A stretch of DNA of 64,000 nt from contig MQRK01252658.1 in assembly GCA_001938485.1 (NCBI GenBank), forward strand, positions 1 through 64,000. Reading direction: 5' to 3'. Every line of letters begins with the position of its first letter. Within the stretch, counting starts at the first letter, position 1. This document shows positions 1 through 13,300 of the stretch, in pieces. The notes beneath the pieces were generated by a model that was given only the letters and a program-made list of their open reading frames with translations, was not told the origin of the DNA and did no database searches. Position numbers and translations under genes: made by a program. The stretch is from Girardia tigrina. Taxonomy: Eukaryota.

Positions 1-246
1 CATTTCAGATGCATTCACTGAAATTGATGGAGATCGGAATTTGTGTCGTACTGTGTGTCAGAGTGTTTTGGACAGATATAGAGATTGTTGCAAGGTTGAA
101 GGTGGACATTTTGAGCACTCGAGAGATTAAATGTTCAATGTAAAATGTTTATTATGTAAATATAATGTATGTAAATAAATGTCTAAATTTCTAATAAAGA
201 TAAAATGTTTAAGTGTTAACTGTAACCCTACTTTTGGCCCACCCTG
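1..246 (+). mobile_element. Tc1/mariner-superfamily transposon, 3' end
   Basis: Frame reads ...CQSVLDRYRDCCKVEGGHFEH*, a typical Tc1/Tc3-like C-terminus. It ends in the TIR-like CCTACTTTTGGCCCACCCTG followed by TA (247-248). Confidence 0.75.
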
Positions 247-837
247 TATTTTAGAATATTCCCTCAACAATTGTGGGGGGCACAAAAATTTATGTTCCCA
301 TAAATCGTATAAAAATATACATAAAACGCGTGCAATTATACAATTGAACTTTGAGATGTTTTTCCTTCCATTGAGTTGTGAAACGAATGAATTTTGTTAA
401 TTTGGCGAATGAGGTTAAATTAACAATGATTTTTACCATTTAAAAATTATTCATATTAAATCGTTTCATAAAAAATTAAGTCTGAATAAGCAAATAATAT
501 TTATTGATTTTCAATTTATATTCAAAACTTTACATTTAATTCTGCGGGTTACCGCTTACAACATATTATTAAAACAAAACATCAATTTTTACAATTTAAA
601 TAAATAACTATTTTCCAATTCAATATTATATGTATATGCATATGTCATATATATAATTTTGATTGTAAAGTTTTTTATTTATTTATAATTTTTTTATTCA
701 AAACTTAACACTGTGTATTACAATTAATACTCAGCATTGACGCACAGGGTAGTGATTCATAGATTCTGTATCGGGTAGAAACCATTTGACAAATACAAGT
801 TTTCTGATCCTCTCACACGGCTTTGGATGCAAGAGTG

Positions 838-3692
838 CAGTGGCGTCGATCTGTTTTCATTATTGGGGTGGCGAGATATGCAGATCGCATTTTTAGTTTG
901 ATCAATTTCGCTTATTGAGATCCTCGTGCTTACAAAGTCATACAGTACGATTTTACCTACTGGGGCCCTGTAACTGAGCCGTAGATACGTACCACAATAT
1001 AAAAAAATACTAAAAATTTATTCTTCGTCCACAAATTTTTCCAGTAATTATTACAAACTTCTTGCGACAAAGATCATTTTTCTGAATAAATTCATTAATC
1101 AACTCAATTGTATGTTGTCCACCTCATCTGGATATGTTGCAAGGACGAGAAGGTGATTCGTTCTCTCTTGGAGCATGGTGCTTCTCCTGCGAGTTTTGAG
1201 AAGCTTCAGTTGGCTGAAGGAACGCTCACCGGTTGCAGTTGAGGCTGGGCAGATAAAATACAATTTTATGAGACGGACCACCTGCGGAATCATATGCGTC
1301 ACTTGGCTGCTACTAATTCGCTTAATGATCTGCATGGGGATGGTAGTGATATTTTCCAACCCAAGGAGCTCGGCGACCAATTGCTGCTTGTCGAATTCTT
1401 CTGCATAATTATGGCATACACAATCCAAGTCACATTGCTCCACAGTGTATCCCTGCCAGCTGTTCAGTAGAATTTTCTCTGTGGCTATCAAGATCGGCAT
1501 TGTATTGTTCTCTATTTTCTCATTCAGTTTACACAGAATGCAATCGAGTTAGTCGAAATAAGCCACGCGGTAATAGTCCATTGGGGTTGAAAAGTGATGT
1601 TGTTTACTTGACTGAAATTGTACAGGTGCCCGGGATTATCGAGGTATTTTGGATTTGTCTAAGGCAGACTGCCAATCAGTTGAGAATCGATCTTCCGTTC
1701 GATCCGAAGCCAGCTCCAAAGTGGCACAATGGAAAAACTGAAAGCCCGCACCGGCGGACGTTGCTTCACTTTGAAGACTGATGCTCAATCGATCGGTGAT
1801 TTCCAAAAACAGAGTTGCCAGAATCAGACCGAGAAAAGAACTCAAATTCTGTGTGTCGTCGTAAAAATCCACAGGCCTTAGAGTTCACAGATTTATCATT
1901 GGATTCGAGTGCTTCCACAATCACAAGCAGCATCTCATCAACACGTGCGATTGAGCGATATATCACTGTAAAACTTGTGGAACAGAGTGGACGCAGCTGG
2001 GTTTGAGGAGACCATATAGCCTCTGACACAAAACGAACCAAAGCACATCGTTTTGGTGATCCTCGCATAAACGTTATGAGTTCGTGAATGAGTTGAAGGA
2101 AGTCACGCATGAGGGGCCCTCTTGAGACACCAACCTACTCTGCCAGATTCATGCAGTATATTTAGCAGTGTGTTTTGACAACACTTGGAGATTTCTCTTG
2201 AATTCAATTAGCAACTCTGATTGGCTCACCTTGGAAATCTGCTGCGCCCTTAAAACACACAGCTTTATAATCCTTCATTTCCAAATTTAGTCGAAGTAAA
2301 ACATCTTTAATGGACCTGAAAATTAGTGGGCTATCACAATGATCAAGTGATTACATTCTTCCACATCAAAGTTGTCACTAACTGTTCGATGACATAGCGT
2401 GAGCTGCTCCTGCCTGCTGACGTTTGCTGTTTCCTTAGCAATGATGCCTAAATATTTTGTTTCCTTTGTTACTTTTGCGAAATGGCGAATTATGGTAAGG
2501 GGCATGCTCTGTAAAAGTTCTTCCTGAATTTCTATCGATGTCCATGTGGTCTTTCTATTCAACCAGAGAAGTGAATCACGTGAGTCACCGCATCGGAGCT
2601 TTATTATTTATTTGTCTTTTTGTCTTGAAATTGCTGTTCACATCTTAATGTCCACGAATAACGAGGCTTTGATGCACTAGAAACAGAAGTGAGGAAAACA
2701 CCTGCGTTAAATATTCTGTGGCCCTCTTTCTTTCAGCTTCATTTTGAAGATTAAATTGGTTCAGAACATTGCTGCCCTTCAAGAGATTCGAGAACTTGTA
2801 GGCAGATTGACAGTGCGAAAGACTTCTCGCATGATCCCTGAAATGCTGGGTTGCCTTCTTCCAATATGTGAAGCCCTTAGAATAGATGCGTAGAATATGT
2901 GGATCGTCTTTTGTCTTTTTGAAAGGAAGTTCTGTGACAATCTCTAACTTCTCGGTTGACTGACTTGAAGAACAGCTCGAAATCACCTCGTTTACGTCGT
3001 GAGTGTCCCCTGATGTTTAGTTTAGATGGGAGTCGAATGACCGGTTGTAGCACTCTTGAAAAAAGTGTCGATTTGGCGCATATTCTAAAAAATAAATTAA
3101 AGTAAATTCAAAATGTATGACGGTATCGGAATAGTTTTGAAAATCACTTAATTGCATCATAATAAATTAGAGTTATAAATCACAAGAACAGAAAATGATG
3201 AACTCTTTTAAAATTACACGAAATGAATTTTTTAACCATTCACAACATTTTAAACATTTTACATCAACAACAAAACCAATTTAAAGCGTTCAAAAAAAAG
3301 CAATTTTCGTTTTACATAGTAATAATTTTTAATAAAATACAGTTTTACATAAAATAATAATAATAATTTCACAAAAAATTTTCCTTTAAAATCTAAATTT
3401 GTTATATATATATATATACAATTACAGTTTTTATTAAGTTAAATTATTAATTTCCATCAATGATTCGCTTGCTCTTTTCATTTAATTTGCAAATGTTACC
3501 GACTTAACTAAATTACAAAACAGGACCGAATATGCTGTACTAAAGGGAAAGCCTATATTTAAAATGGTAAAATGAGTGATAATTCGAAAAGGTTATGCAA
3601 ATTATTTGGGGGGCCGAAAAGATACTCTCACCCCTTAAAATATTATTGGGGGTGTGCCGCCCCTTCGCTCCCCCCTAAGATCGACTCCACAG
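838..3692 (-). mobile_element. hAT DNA transposon (ZMYM1/THAP12-like transposase), decayed, both ends present
   Basis: TIRs CAGTGGCGTCGATC / GATCGACTCCACAG and a perfect 8-bp TSD CAAGAGTG (830-837, 3693-3700). ORF fragments: GFTYWKKA, LVIRGH, SIEIQEELL, QEQLTLCHR, SPKR, and the dimerisation motif PASTATGERSFSQLKLLKTRRRSTMLQER. Confidence 0.92.
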
Positions 3693-5321
3693 CAAGAGTG
3701 TGCGCCTTTAATGCACGGACACGCTTTGTTTTCCCTTTGAGAAATGATGATCATGTTCCTTCGTTTTATGATTCTGAAGACTTTTGACTGTATAAACGCA
3801 TTTAGCGCAACAGGAAATTGGTTCTGAAACACTCCCGTATCCGTGATATTATCCAGCCAAAAACTCAGAATCACAATGGGGATTACTCCTGGACAGTTCT
3901 CATCGATTTTATCATTTAATATTTCTACATAGACAGACAGTGGCATATAATGTTCAAAAGTCTAGTGCATATCTCTGTTTCTGCTTTTTTACTACTTGGA
4001 TGTGTATAATAAAAGTACCTTGGATTTGATGATCAATTAATGAATGCCATCAGTTTTGTAACTTTTGTGATAGTTATCCATAAAACATTTGAATGAACCA
4101 CCCCCTCTCTGTGTCGTCGACACCGTTACGAGATGCATATTCTTAATCGTGATCCGACTAATGCGCTCCGGCAAATGTGCACCGGCAAAAGCGCGCCACG
4201 ACAAATGCGCTAAAATAAATTTAATAAATGTTTCTGAAAATATGTTGATTTTATATTACTAATTCGTTATTACTAAAAACTTTTTTGAAATGCAAATTTT
4301 AAAAATGTATAAATTTATAAATATAAAAATTATTTTTTTATAAATATTAAAAAAAATTGTTTTAAATATCTACAAACAAAAAAATTAATTTTGAATATAA
4401 TGAATATCATCNNNNNNNNNNNNNNNNNNNNNNNNNNNNNNNNNNNNNNNNNNNNNNNNNNGCTGTACTAAAGGGAAAGCCTATATTTAAAATGGTAAAA
4501 TGAGTGATAATTCGAAAAGGTTATGCAAATTATTTGGGGGGCCGAAAAGATACTCTCACCCCTTAAAATATTATTGGGGGCGTGCCGCCCCTTCGCTCCC
4601 CCCTAAGATTGACGCCACAGCAAGAGTGTGCGCCTTTAATGCACGGACACGCTTTGTTTTCCCTTTGAGAAATGATGATCATGTTCCTTAGTTTTATGAT
4701 TCTGAAGACTTTTGACTGTATAAACGCATTTAGCGCAACAGGAAATTGGTACTGAAACACTCCCGTATCCGTGATATTATCCAGCCAAAAACTCAGAATC
4801 ACACTGGGGATTAGTCCTGGACAGTTCTCATCGATTTTACCGACAGACAGTGGCATATAATGTTCAAAAGTTTAGTGCATATCTCTGTTTCTGCTTTTTT
4901 ACTACTTGGATGTGTATAATACAAGTACCTTGGATTTGATGATCAATTAATGAATGCCATCAGTTTTGTAACTTTTGTGGCAGTTATCCATAAAACATTT
5001 GAATGAACCACCCCCTCTCTGTGTCGTCGGCACCGTTACGAGATGCATATTCTTAATCGTGATCCGACTAATGCGCTCCGGCAAATGTGCACTGGCAAAA
5101 GCGCGCCACGACAAATGCGATAAAATAAATTTAATAAATGTTTCTGAAAATATGTTGATTTTATATTCCTAATTCGTTATTACTAAAAACTTTTTTGAAA
5201 TACAAATTTTAAAAATGTATAAATTTATAAATATAAAAATTATTTTTTTATAAATATTAAAAAAAATTGTTTTAAATATCTACAAACAAAAAAATTAATT
5301 TTGAATATAATGAATATCATC
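3534..5321. repeat. Near-identical direct duplication (3534-4411 vs 4462-5321) flanking a 50-N gap
   Basis: Two ~870 bp copies differ by scattered SNPs and an 18-bp indel. Both abut the gap, which suggests uncollapsed haplotypes. Confidence 0.9.
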
Positions 5322-5750
5322 AGTTACAGAAAGGAAAGGATCAAATGATTTACGAATGTTACAGATATCATTATGGAAAGCGAAAACAAGATGGATCTTC
5401 ATGGAGATGTGTCAAACGAGAGTGTAACGGAAGACTGAGGAAATAAACAAATGGGACAGTAATGTATCAAATGTATGTTCCAGATAATTTTAAGAATGAA
5501 TCTGAATAAAATCAAATATACGTGAACGCGCTGTAAACTGCGTAACGACAAAAACTTAAAATTATATACAAAATGTTAATTGCACTAAACTTCTAAATTT
5601 ATTTTATCTCATTTGTCTAAATTATTAAATTTATATTTCAAATGTATTTTTAGTATTAACAAATTAATTGTAAAAAATCAACATATTTTTAAAAACATTT
5701 ATTAAATTTATTTTAGTGAATTTGTCGGTGTACTCTTTTGTAGGCGTATC
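5058..5750 (+). mobile_element. Mutator/MULE deletion derivative with FLYWCH remnant
   Basis: 9-bp TSD ATTCTTAAT (5049-5057, 5751-5759) and long imperfect terminal inverted repeats. Internal frame KGKDQMIYECYRYH..SWRCVKRECNGRL is a FLYWCH finger. Confidence 0.8.
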
Positions 5751-7144
5751 ATTCTTAATGTATTTTGTGAGATCCTTCTGCTTAGCAAAGTCTTTAAAGC
5801 CAAAAAGGAATGTGCAAGCTACTCGTTTGATACGCGACTGAAGCATTTTTGGATATTCTATCTAGTGCTGGACTACCTCTTTCCTTGCCTTCATCTCCCT
5901 TTGCAAAAAAATCTTTCTTTATTTTTATCTTGATGCACGGATGTTTACAAATCGAAGGAGAGTGCACAAAATAATTATTCAAAAGGGAAATTAATTAAAA
6001 TTCAGTGGAATAAAAATTGAAATACGTTAACACAAAAAATCAACATTCAAAACAACAATTTTCAAAAACTAAAAAAACCTTAAAATCACTATTGTAAATT
6101 CTTTCATTTCTCGTTTGTTTAAATTCGTCAATTAACATTTTTCAAAATTTCAACTCTTAAAATTAGTTAATAATGGGTACGAAGAAGACCAAGAAAAAAT
6201 TTACATAATAATGTACATATGTATGTGAATAAAATCTAAAATGAAAACATGTTGTCTATATACACCAAAATCATTTACAAACAGCATGGAAAATAAAGGC
6301 AAGGTTTTTAATTTTTTATTAATTGTTCTTTTGGTCAGGTGTTTAAATACCAAAATAAGTATCCTAACATTTTTTACCAGAAAATTGTTTTCTATGTTAA
6401 CTTAAGTTTTTTATTGTGTAAAATTAAATTAATAAAATTAGAATTTTTTGTTTATTTTAAAAGTATAGTAAGATTTAATCGAGATATTAAATAATCAAAA
6501 TTTATTAAAACTTATTACATTACATAAGGTACCAGGCTATCGGAATCGTTTTGCAACAAAATAATAAACTAAATACAAATTGATAAAATTGCATATAGTC
6601 TCTATGATAAAGTTTGACGAATATTCCATGAACTTAAAAAAAGGCAATTTGAAAGCAATACAATTTCTATGATAAAAATAAGTACAAAAAGTATAATAAT
6701 AAATTATTTTCATTTAAAGTGATCAAATTAACTTCATTGATTTGATAACAAATTTAAATTTTTTTTAATAATAAAACTGTCAAAATAAATTAAAAATATT
6801 TTTCATTGAAATTTTCTTTANTTTTTAACTAACTTTCTTTTTAATAAAATTAGATGCATCAATTAAAATAATTGTCGTCACAAAAATTGGCTTTATAATT
6901 CCAAGTCTTGATTGGCATCCTGCCATTTAAACGGAATATTCTGACAAAAAGGATTTTTAAATAATATTAACAATATTGGGTTTGACGGTTTAAAAATATC
7001 TTTTGTAAGAAATAGCTAGAAAACTAATAACGAATTATAAACGGAAAAGAACTAAAATTGAAGTTAATTATTTCCTTATTTATTCACTGGTTCTATAATA
7101 CGGATAATTAGAAAATGTGAAAAAAAAATTAAAAAATTCTATAT

Positions 7145-7360
7145 CCATGCATTATGCGGGCAGAGCTCTACTTGGCAAACTGAATTCTTTTTTATCTTTT
7201 GTAGAAGGGAAAATTTCATACAACAAATTTTGATTTACTATTTTGATCAAATTTTCACATTATCACTTATTGTTATCGAAAATGAGTAAGTGTGCAAAAT
7301 TTGCAGAAAATTGAATGGGTACAAAGCCTTTAAAAATATTTTTCTAAATTCTATGGAAAT
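7145..7360 (+). repeat. Dispersed repeat abutting (TA)n; inverted copy at ~57940-58212
   Basis: GCATTATGCGGGCAGAGCTCTACTT...CTAAATTCTATGGA(TA)n aligns by eye to the reverse complement of 57940-58212. Confidence 0.7.
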
Positions 7361-7539
7361 ATATATATATATTTATATATATAGAAAGCAATGGGACACT
7401 CTTTCAATGTTCCCATTCAACTATTTTAATTATTTCTACATCATAATTAAATAATTACCTTTACAACACCTGGGGGATGCTTATTACCAGGTAGAATAGG
7501 AAAGGAAATCACAAGATAAACAAGCGTTCTCTGCAAAGA

Positions 7540-7915
7540 GTGGTCAATTCTGCTTTCAACAAATGTATCTGCCCCAGGAACGTTTCAATAGTTAGTTGTC
7601 GAGAGTACTACAATATAATAAAAGGGACTCCTCAATATATTTAGATGACATCGTAATAGCGACAGAAACCAAGAAGGAACACTAAAAAATCTTGTGCTAA
7701 GTTTTTTGACGAATCAAAGAAGCTGGATTGAAAATAAAACAGTTTAAATGCAAATTCCTAAGAGAAGCTGTTAGGTTTTTGAGACACGTGGTAAGCAAAT
7801 GAGGTATTCACAAGATCAAAGCTATTGCTGACTTCTAGAGGCCAAACTGTGTGAAGGAAATGAGGTGTTTTCTCAGAATTTGCAACTATTATAGACTATT
7901 CATAAAAGAATAATT
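7540..7915 (+). mobile_element. Ty3/Gypsy reverse transcriptase remnant
   Basis: Motifs APGTFQ*, IYLDDIVIA, KCKFL, VRFLRHVVS and FLRICNYYRLFI, with stops. Confidence 0.8.
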
Positions 7916-8278
7916 CTAAAAAGAAAATTTAAAAAATAAAAATTTCCATCTGGATTGGAGAATCCTTATTCTAGATTCAAAATATTTAAATCAACATACT
8001 ACATTTACATACAATTTAAAATATTCATCACAGTGACTTTCTTATACAGATCATTATATACAATAAGCCACCCCAGTGCTNNNNNNNNNNNNNNNNNNNN
8101 NNNNNNNNNNNNNNNNNNNNNNNNNNNNNNNNNNNNNNNNNNNNNNNNNNNNNNNNNNNNNNNNNNNNNNNNCGACCCCTTTGATTATAAAGAATCGAAG
8201 TTTTTTTCGTGAGCTGAAGCGTTGCATATTAGTGAGGTAGAAATTAAAAATTTTAAATATTAAATGTAAATTAAATTA

Positions 8279-9543
8279 CAGTAGAATCAGCTTAACACAA
8301 AACGCTGAGAGCAACATTTTTAGTTCGTGTTAACAGGTTTTTGTGTGATCCGTATTGTACAATGTGTCCATGCATATATCAGATCACAATATTTAAAAAA
8401 TGTTGTAATTAGCCAACTCATTCTGTACACTATATTTCTGTTGAGTACCGAGATTTATAAATAATCAATTAATTAAGACTTTAAAATAAGTTATTTATTT
8501 CAAAATTTCTATAAAACCCCAATTTATTTAATAAAAAACAGGTTCTCATTATCGACTTCACGGTACATAGTGTATGTATAATAAACCATTAAATGAACAA
8601 TGAGTTTACAGTTAACAGAATATTTGCATCATAAATAGTCGTGCCGAAACCATCGTGAGAGAAGCAATCAGCAATCGTCGATGCTTAGATAGCAGATCAA
8701 ACGTTGTGAATGAGTAATAAAGCATCAAAGATGCTAACATCATGAAAAGCAAGCTGAAAATGAAATTGATAAGACCTAAATTAAAATGTCAAAGGGCGAT
8801 TTAAAGTTTATTATTTAAACAAAACGATAATTTTTTGTGTGATTGTTTTAATAAATAAAATTTTTAATATCTAACTACTATGGCACAAATTAATGCTTTT
8901 TTTGCTGAATTTCGAGTGTGTATGTTTTTGTGTAGTTTTTGCATGTTCAAATGTTGTATGTTGATTTGGGATTGTGGCTCTCCTAACCAGATGGATTATC
9001 AATATTTAATTTTTTATAATCTGAAACTAATTTATTTAAATTTAGATTTAATATTCAAATTTTTAATTTTTATTACTGCAACTTTTAAATAAGTTTATTG
9101 ATTTTATTTTTGTAAATTTTTAAATAATTAAAATCAAATTAATGTTTAAAAATGACTATAAAAATATTTTATTTCAGCCAATAAAATTTAAAGTAAATAT
9201 TTTTAAATAAAATAATCTTCTCAAGTATAGTTCAGATTATAATGGGAGATATTGAAAATTAATTGATGGATCTAAGTGAAAGCATTACTGTTGATCATCA
9301 TAAAGATGATAAAAATTGTGAATGTAATAAATGTTCTGTCAAATGTGTGAGTTCTCTTAACAGAGTGGTAAATGCATCTCTACGCTAAATTCCTTTGTGC
9401 GTAAACAAGTTTTTCGTGTTACTTGTTTCGGGTAAAAAAGATTTTTTATTAACAAATTCTCGATCATCTGGTGGGGTATCATTTGTCTTTTGTGCTAACA
9501 GAGTTTATGTGTTAAGAGTGTTCGTGTTAAGCAGATTCTAATG
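8279..9543. mobile_element. pogo/Tigger-type non-autonomous element carrying a nested LINE 3' UTR fragment
   Basis: TIR CAGTAGAATCAGCTTAACAC / GTGTTAAGCAGATTCTAATG, flanked by TA. Confidence 0.8.
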
Positions 9544-10321
9544 TAATTACAATAAATTAAAATTTACACGTGATTATTCAATTAAAACATAGCATTTTAT
9601 TAAATCACATTTATTTACACTGTAGATTTAATTTTTTGAATGTCTTTGAATCATATGCTATCTAAAATAATTGATTCAAATCGATAAAAAAGTCAATATT
9701 GTTTAAAATTCTGAATCTAATTTTTATCGTATTTACTCAGTCCCTCATATAATGGATAAACGGTTAAAATGTTAGTGGAAATTGAAGACAAATCTGCCGT
9801 GCATCAAAAAAAAAGAAATTCAATATAATGAATACCAAGTCTGTCAAAACGAAGAAAATTAGTGATTACTTATAATCACCAGAATTTAAAAATTTAATTT
9901 ACGTGGAATGAAGATGAAGAAATTTATATATATAAAATATATTATATATATAAAAATTTTCGTTATATATAATATATTTGTCTAAAATGTTTTTTGTCGG
10001 TCACGCTATGATGAAAATGTGAAATCGCAGAGGCACCCTTGCGAATCCACGTAAAAATGTGGTCAATCGGGATAGCCCACATCAAGACGGTTCTGGTTAT
10101 GCAGCGCCATCTTCGAAAGACGGTGAGAGCCAACTTAATTGAACGACTGTTAAATCAACACAGAATTCGAAACAATTAATAATAAGAAATTTAAAAAATA
10201 ATGGCAAATTTTTATTAAAATCAAGAAAGCCATTCAAATCAAATTTTATTTTATCTAAAGATGAATTGGATTTACTAAAATTTGGTCCAAAACATGGATT
10301 TCGAAAGAAATTAGATAGATT

Positions 10322-13300
10322 TGTTTTTAATAACAAATTACAAGCTTGAGAAGTAAAATAACCACTGTCTTTAAAGTTCGCGCCCGCAATCGACACGATA
10401 AAACAACGGTTCATAATTCCAGTTTATTCATCGTCATCACACGCCCCCGTGATCTCATCATCAAGCATTTAGTAATCACTGAACCATCTGGGCGGACGTC
10501 GAGCCCTCAGCGGTCTGGCTGGTGAATGAACGATCAACGCCGGTCGGATCATATCCTCATCTGCTTGTTCTCCGGTCGCGGCCTCCTCTTCGTCCTCACT
10601 TCTCGAAGTTGCTTCAACAGTCGAATGTGCCGACATTGGTCGCATGTGTCTCACATCAGCTGCGTGTCTTGGGACTCCATCTACTTCAACTGATGTTGCA
10701 GAGTTTACTCGCGAAACGACCCCTCGGCGCCAACGAGTGGTGCATCGCGCTCCACCCGGCTTAACGTAGACTTGATCACCAGGTGCAAAATCCTTTCCGT
10801 CATGCCGTCTTGCACTCGATTTCGCCATCGGGAAGCGCCATTCGTACATATAAATCCTGTTACTAGGAACTGATTAGTCGCTTGTCTCGTGTTTAGGTGT
10901 TACATTGTAGTAAAACACCATATCCATCACATCACCACCGGATCTTGCCGCCATTCACTTTATCGTGTGGTGATTCCGCTCAACAACGCCATTTCCAGAC
11001 GGTCTGTACGTGCAGCAATAAATGATGAATACGTTCCACGACTTGCACAGACTTTGCAATTTATCTGCTCTGAAACACTTCCCATTATCACACAGTAATT
11101 CGCTGGGCGATCCCCTTTCTCTGAATAACTCCAATAATGTTGCCGCCACAGATTCAGCAGTCTCGTCCATCAGTCGCTTCCAAATCGCAAAACGGCTTGA
11201 TTCGTAATCAACGCATGTGAAATAAGTCTCCCCTCCATAATGTGTTATGTCGCAACTAAGACAATGCCAATTTGTTGCTACCTCTAACTCTCATTTTGTC
11301 CACCACACTGCTGCAGGATCAATCGACCGACAACGGTCGCATTCGGATTTCACTCTGGTTACTTCGTCTTCGTTCACAGCTTCATACACCTTCTTAACCA
11401 CGAATACTGTCCTGTCTACTCTGAAATGATGCAGCGAGTGGATTTCTTTATTGTCTTTGACTGATGGCGCAACGCCAGACAGAGTCGTTAGTAGATATTT
11501 TTTGCGAGTGCTTCCACCAGTGTGCAGGAACTCTAGTCAACTCGTCGGTTTTATTCTCGGCTGATTTCACTAACGATATTTTCAACTAGACTTCATATTC
11601 TTGTATTAATTGCTCCAATAAAAACAAACATCTTTTTACCAATGCGTCGGAAAGTCCGTCCACGTGTTGATTCTTATTATTTTTGTAACAATTATTATTA
11701 ATACATTTATTACCATTCAAATTTCCTTCTAAAATTAATTCCGAATTCTCGCTAGCACTCGTTTATCACCCGTGACAACAGATTTCACCCACGAACATAC
11801 TGTAACCGAATCATACAATATCTCAATTTCCTTCACATCCCATGCTAATGCCACGTTCACCCCTTTCAACACTGCCTCTGATTCCGCTAAATTTATATGG
11901 CAGATATCGTCTTTTTTCCGCAACCAACAATTATCTTCCACGATTGAGTGGTTTAGCTCCAAATATACTCCAATAGCCAAACTGCTGGTGTCACACCACA
12001 TACGGCCTTTTTTCATCTTTTGGATGTCCCACACTCCACCCACCGGGTCATCAGCGTCCAGCCGCTTCGAAATGTCATTTAAAATATTCATACTTGTCTT
12101 ATCTATTTTCTCGTCCCACTTCCTCTCACTCACCATACGTTTCAAAAAACTACCGGCTGGTCTTAGCCAACCTGCAATCGGTAAATGCCCGGTCACTTAC
12201 CCGCACCACGAAAAAATCTCCCTTTTCGTCGACTCTGCACTCACTTCTTGTATCACATTGTCCCGTTTCCATCTCGTCACTCCGTTCTCTTCATATATCC
12301 GCAATCCTAGAACTTTGCATCCGCACAACTTCTCAGCTGGTTTTGCCAGTAGTCCAAAACTCTCAAGCACACTTAACACCTGTTGACTACTGACTCTGTT
12401 CAGATCTACTATGATTTCATCCACGTACAAATCCGTAGCCTCCCTAATGGATGGATCTCTCGCTAGCACGAATTTGATCACCTCCGACATTATCTTTGGT
12501 GCTACATTTAGGCCGAAACCAAGACGAGTTAACGCATACACCTTCCCCTTATAGTGAACAAGCTGAGATTTCCAGAACTCCGGATCCATGTGAAGCTGCA
12601 TGTACGCGGTTTTTAAATCAATCACACAAAGATTTGACCCCATTTGACGTAATCTCCGAAGTTTTCGATACAAATGTTACTGGTCGCAGAGTGGCTAGAA
12701 ACGTATCTATTCAGCTCCCGGAAATCCATCACCAGCCGAACTTTGCCTTTGTTGTGCTGAAGAACCACCATCAACAGAATGATCCTTTCCTCAGGCTCAT
12801 CACTCTCGATCAACCACCCTTCTTGAATCCACCTGTCTATTTCTGCTTCAAACTCTCCCTGCAAGTCTTTGTGAACTTGATAAAGAGAGACATTGTTCCT
12901 TAACACAACATCTCCACTCAATTTTAACAGTTGATACCTGTTGCCATCAAACACTACTTATTCCTTATCGACAAATTCCAACTGCTGTTCCACCTCACGA
13001 AATGGCGTGCTCCCGGTGACAACCTCTTCTTTTGCTTTACTAGTCACCATACCAATACTACACACATTCCCTGCGGTTAACAAACTCGATTCCGTTGCAA
13101 ATACAGCATCTCCATGTTTGTCGATGTGAACGTCTCCTAATCTTTGTATCCCATCAAACCAATAATCAAATCACACCCAGGTAAGGCGTCAATCACCAAA
13201 CAACTTAAAACAACTACCGTCCTCACATTAACATTTACTTCACACACGTGTGTACATCTGACGGATTCGCTATTCATCAGCATGATGTCTACTCGTGCCT

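Larger units (their letters stand above)
730..5980 (-). mobile_element. 3' part of an RTE-like LINE with C2H2 zinc fingers, interrupted by a hAT, a MULE and a duplicated segment
   Basis: After removing the insertions the minus strand reads VACTF..KDFAKQKDLTKYIKNMH, then GSFKCFMDNCHKSYKTDG, then (one frameshift) GVFQYQFP.CAKCVYTVKSLQNHKTKEH..GKQ*, with the stop at 3708-3710. These motifs match the finger tails at 24840 (FKCTKCNKSYKTKG) and 54945 (FKCPFRGC..TAKCMYGHGTKFH..GKP). Confidence 0.6.

Noticed and set aside
3635-3946. ORF ending KACPCIKGAHSCC, suggesting a CXC-type Cys domain
   Set aside because: The meaningful frame is a shifted one encoding a LINE C2H2 finger, and the ORF end runs into the hAT terminus.
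11666-11755. GT..AG-bounded AT-rich insert as an intron in the LTR element
   Set aside because: The GT-AG reading is on the strand opposite to pol, so it is more likely a small insertion.
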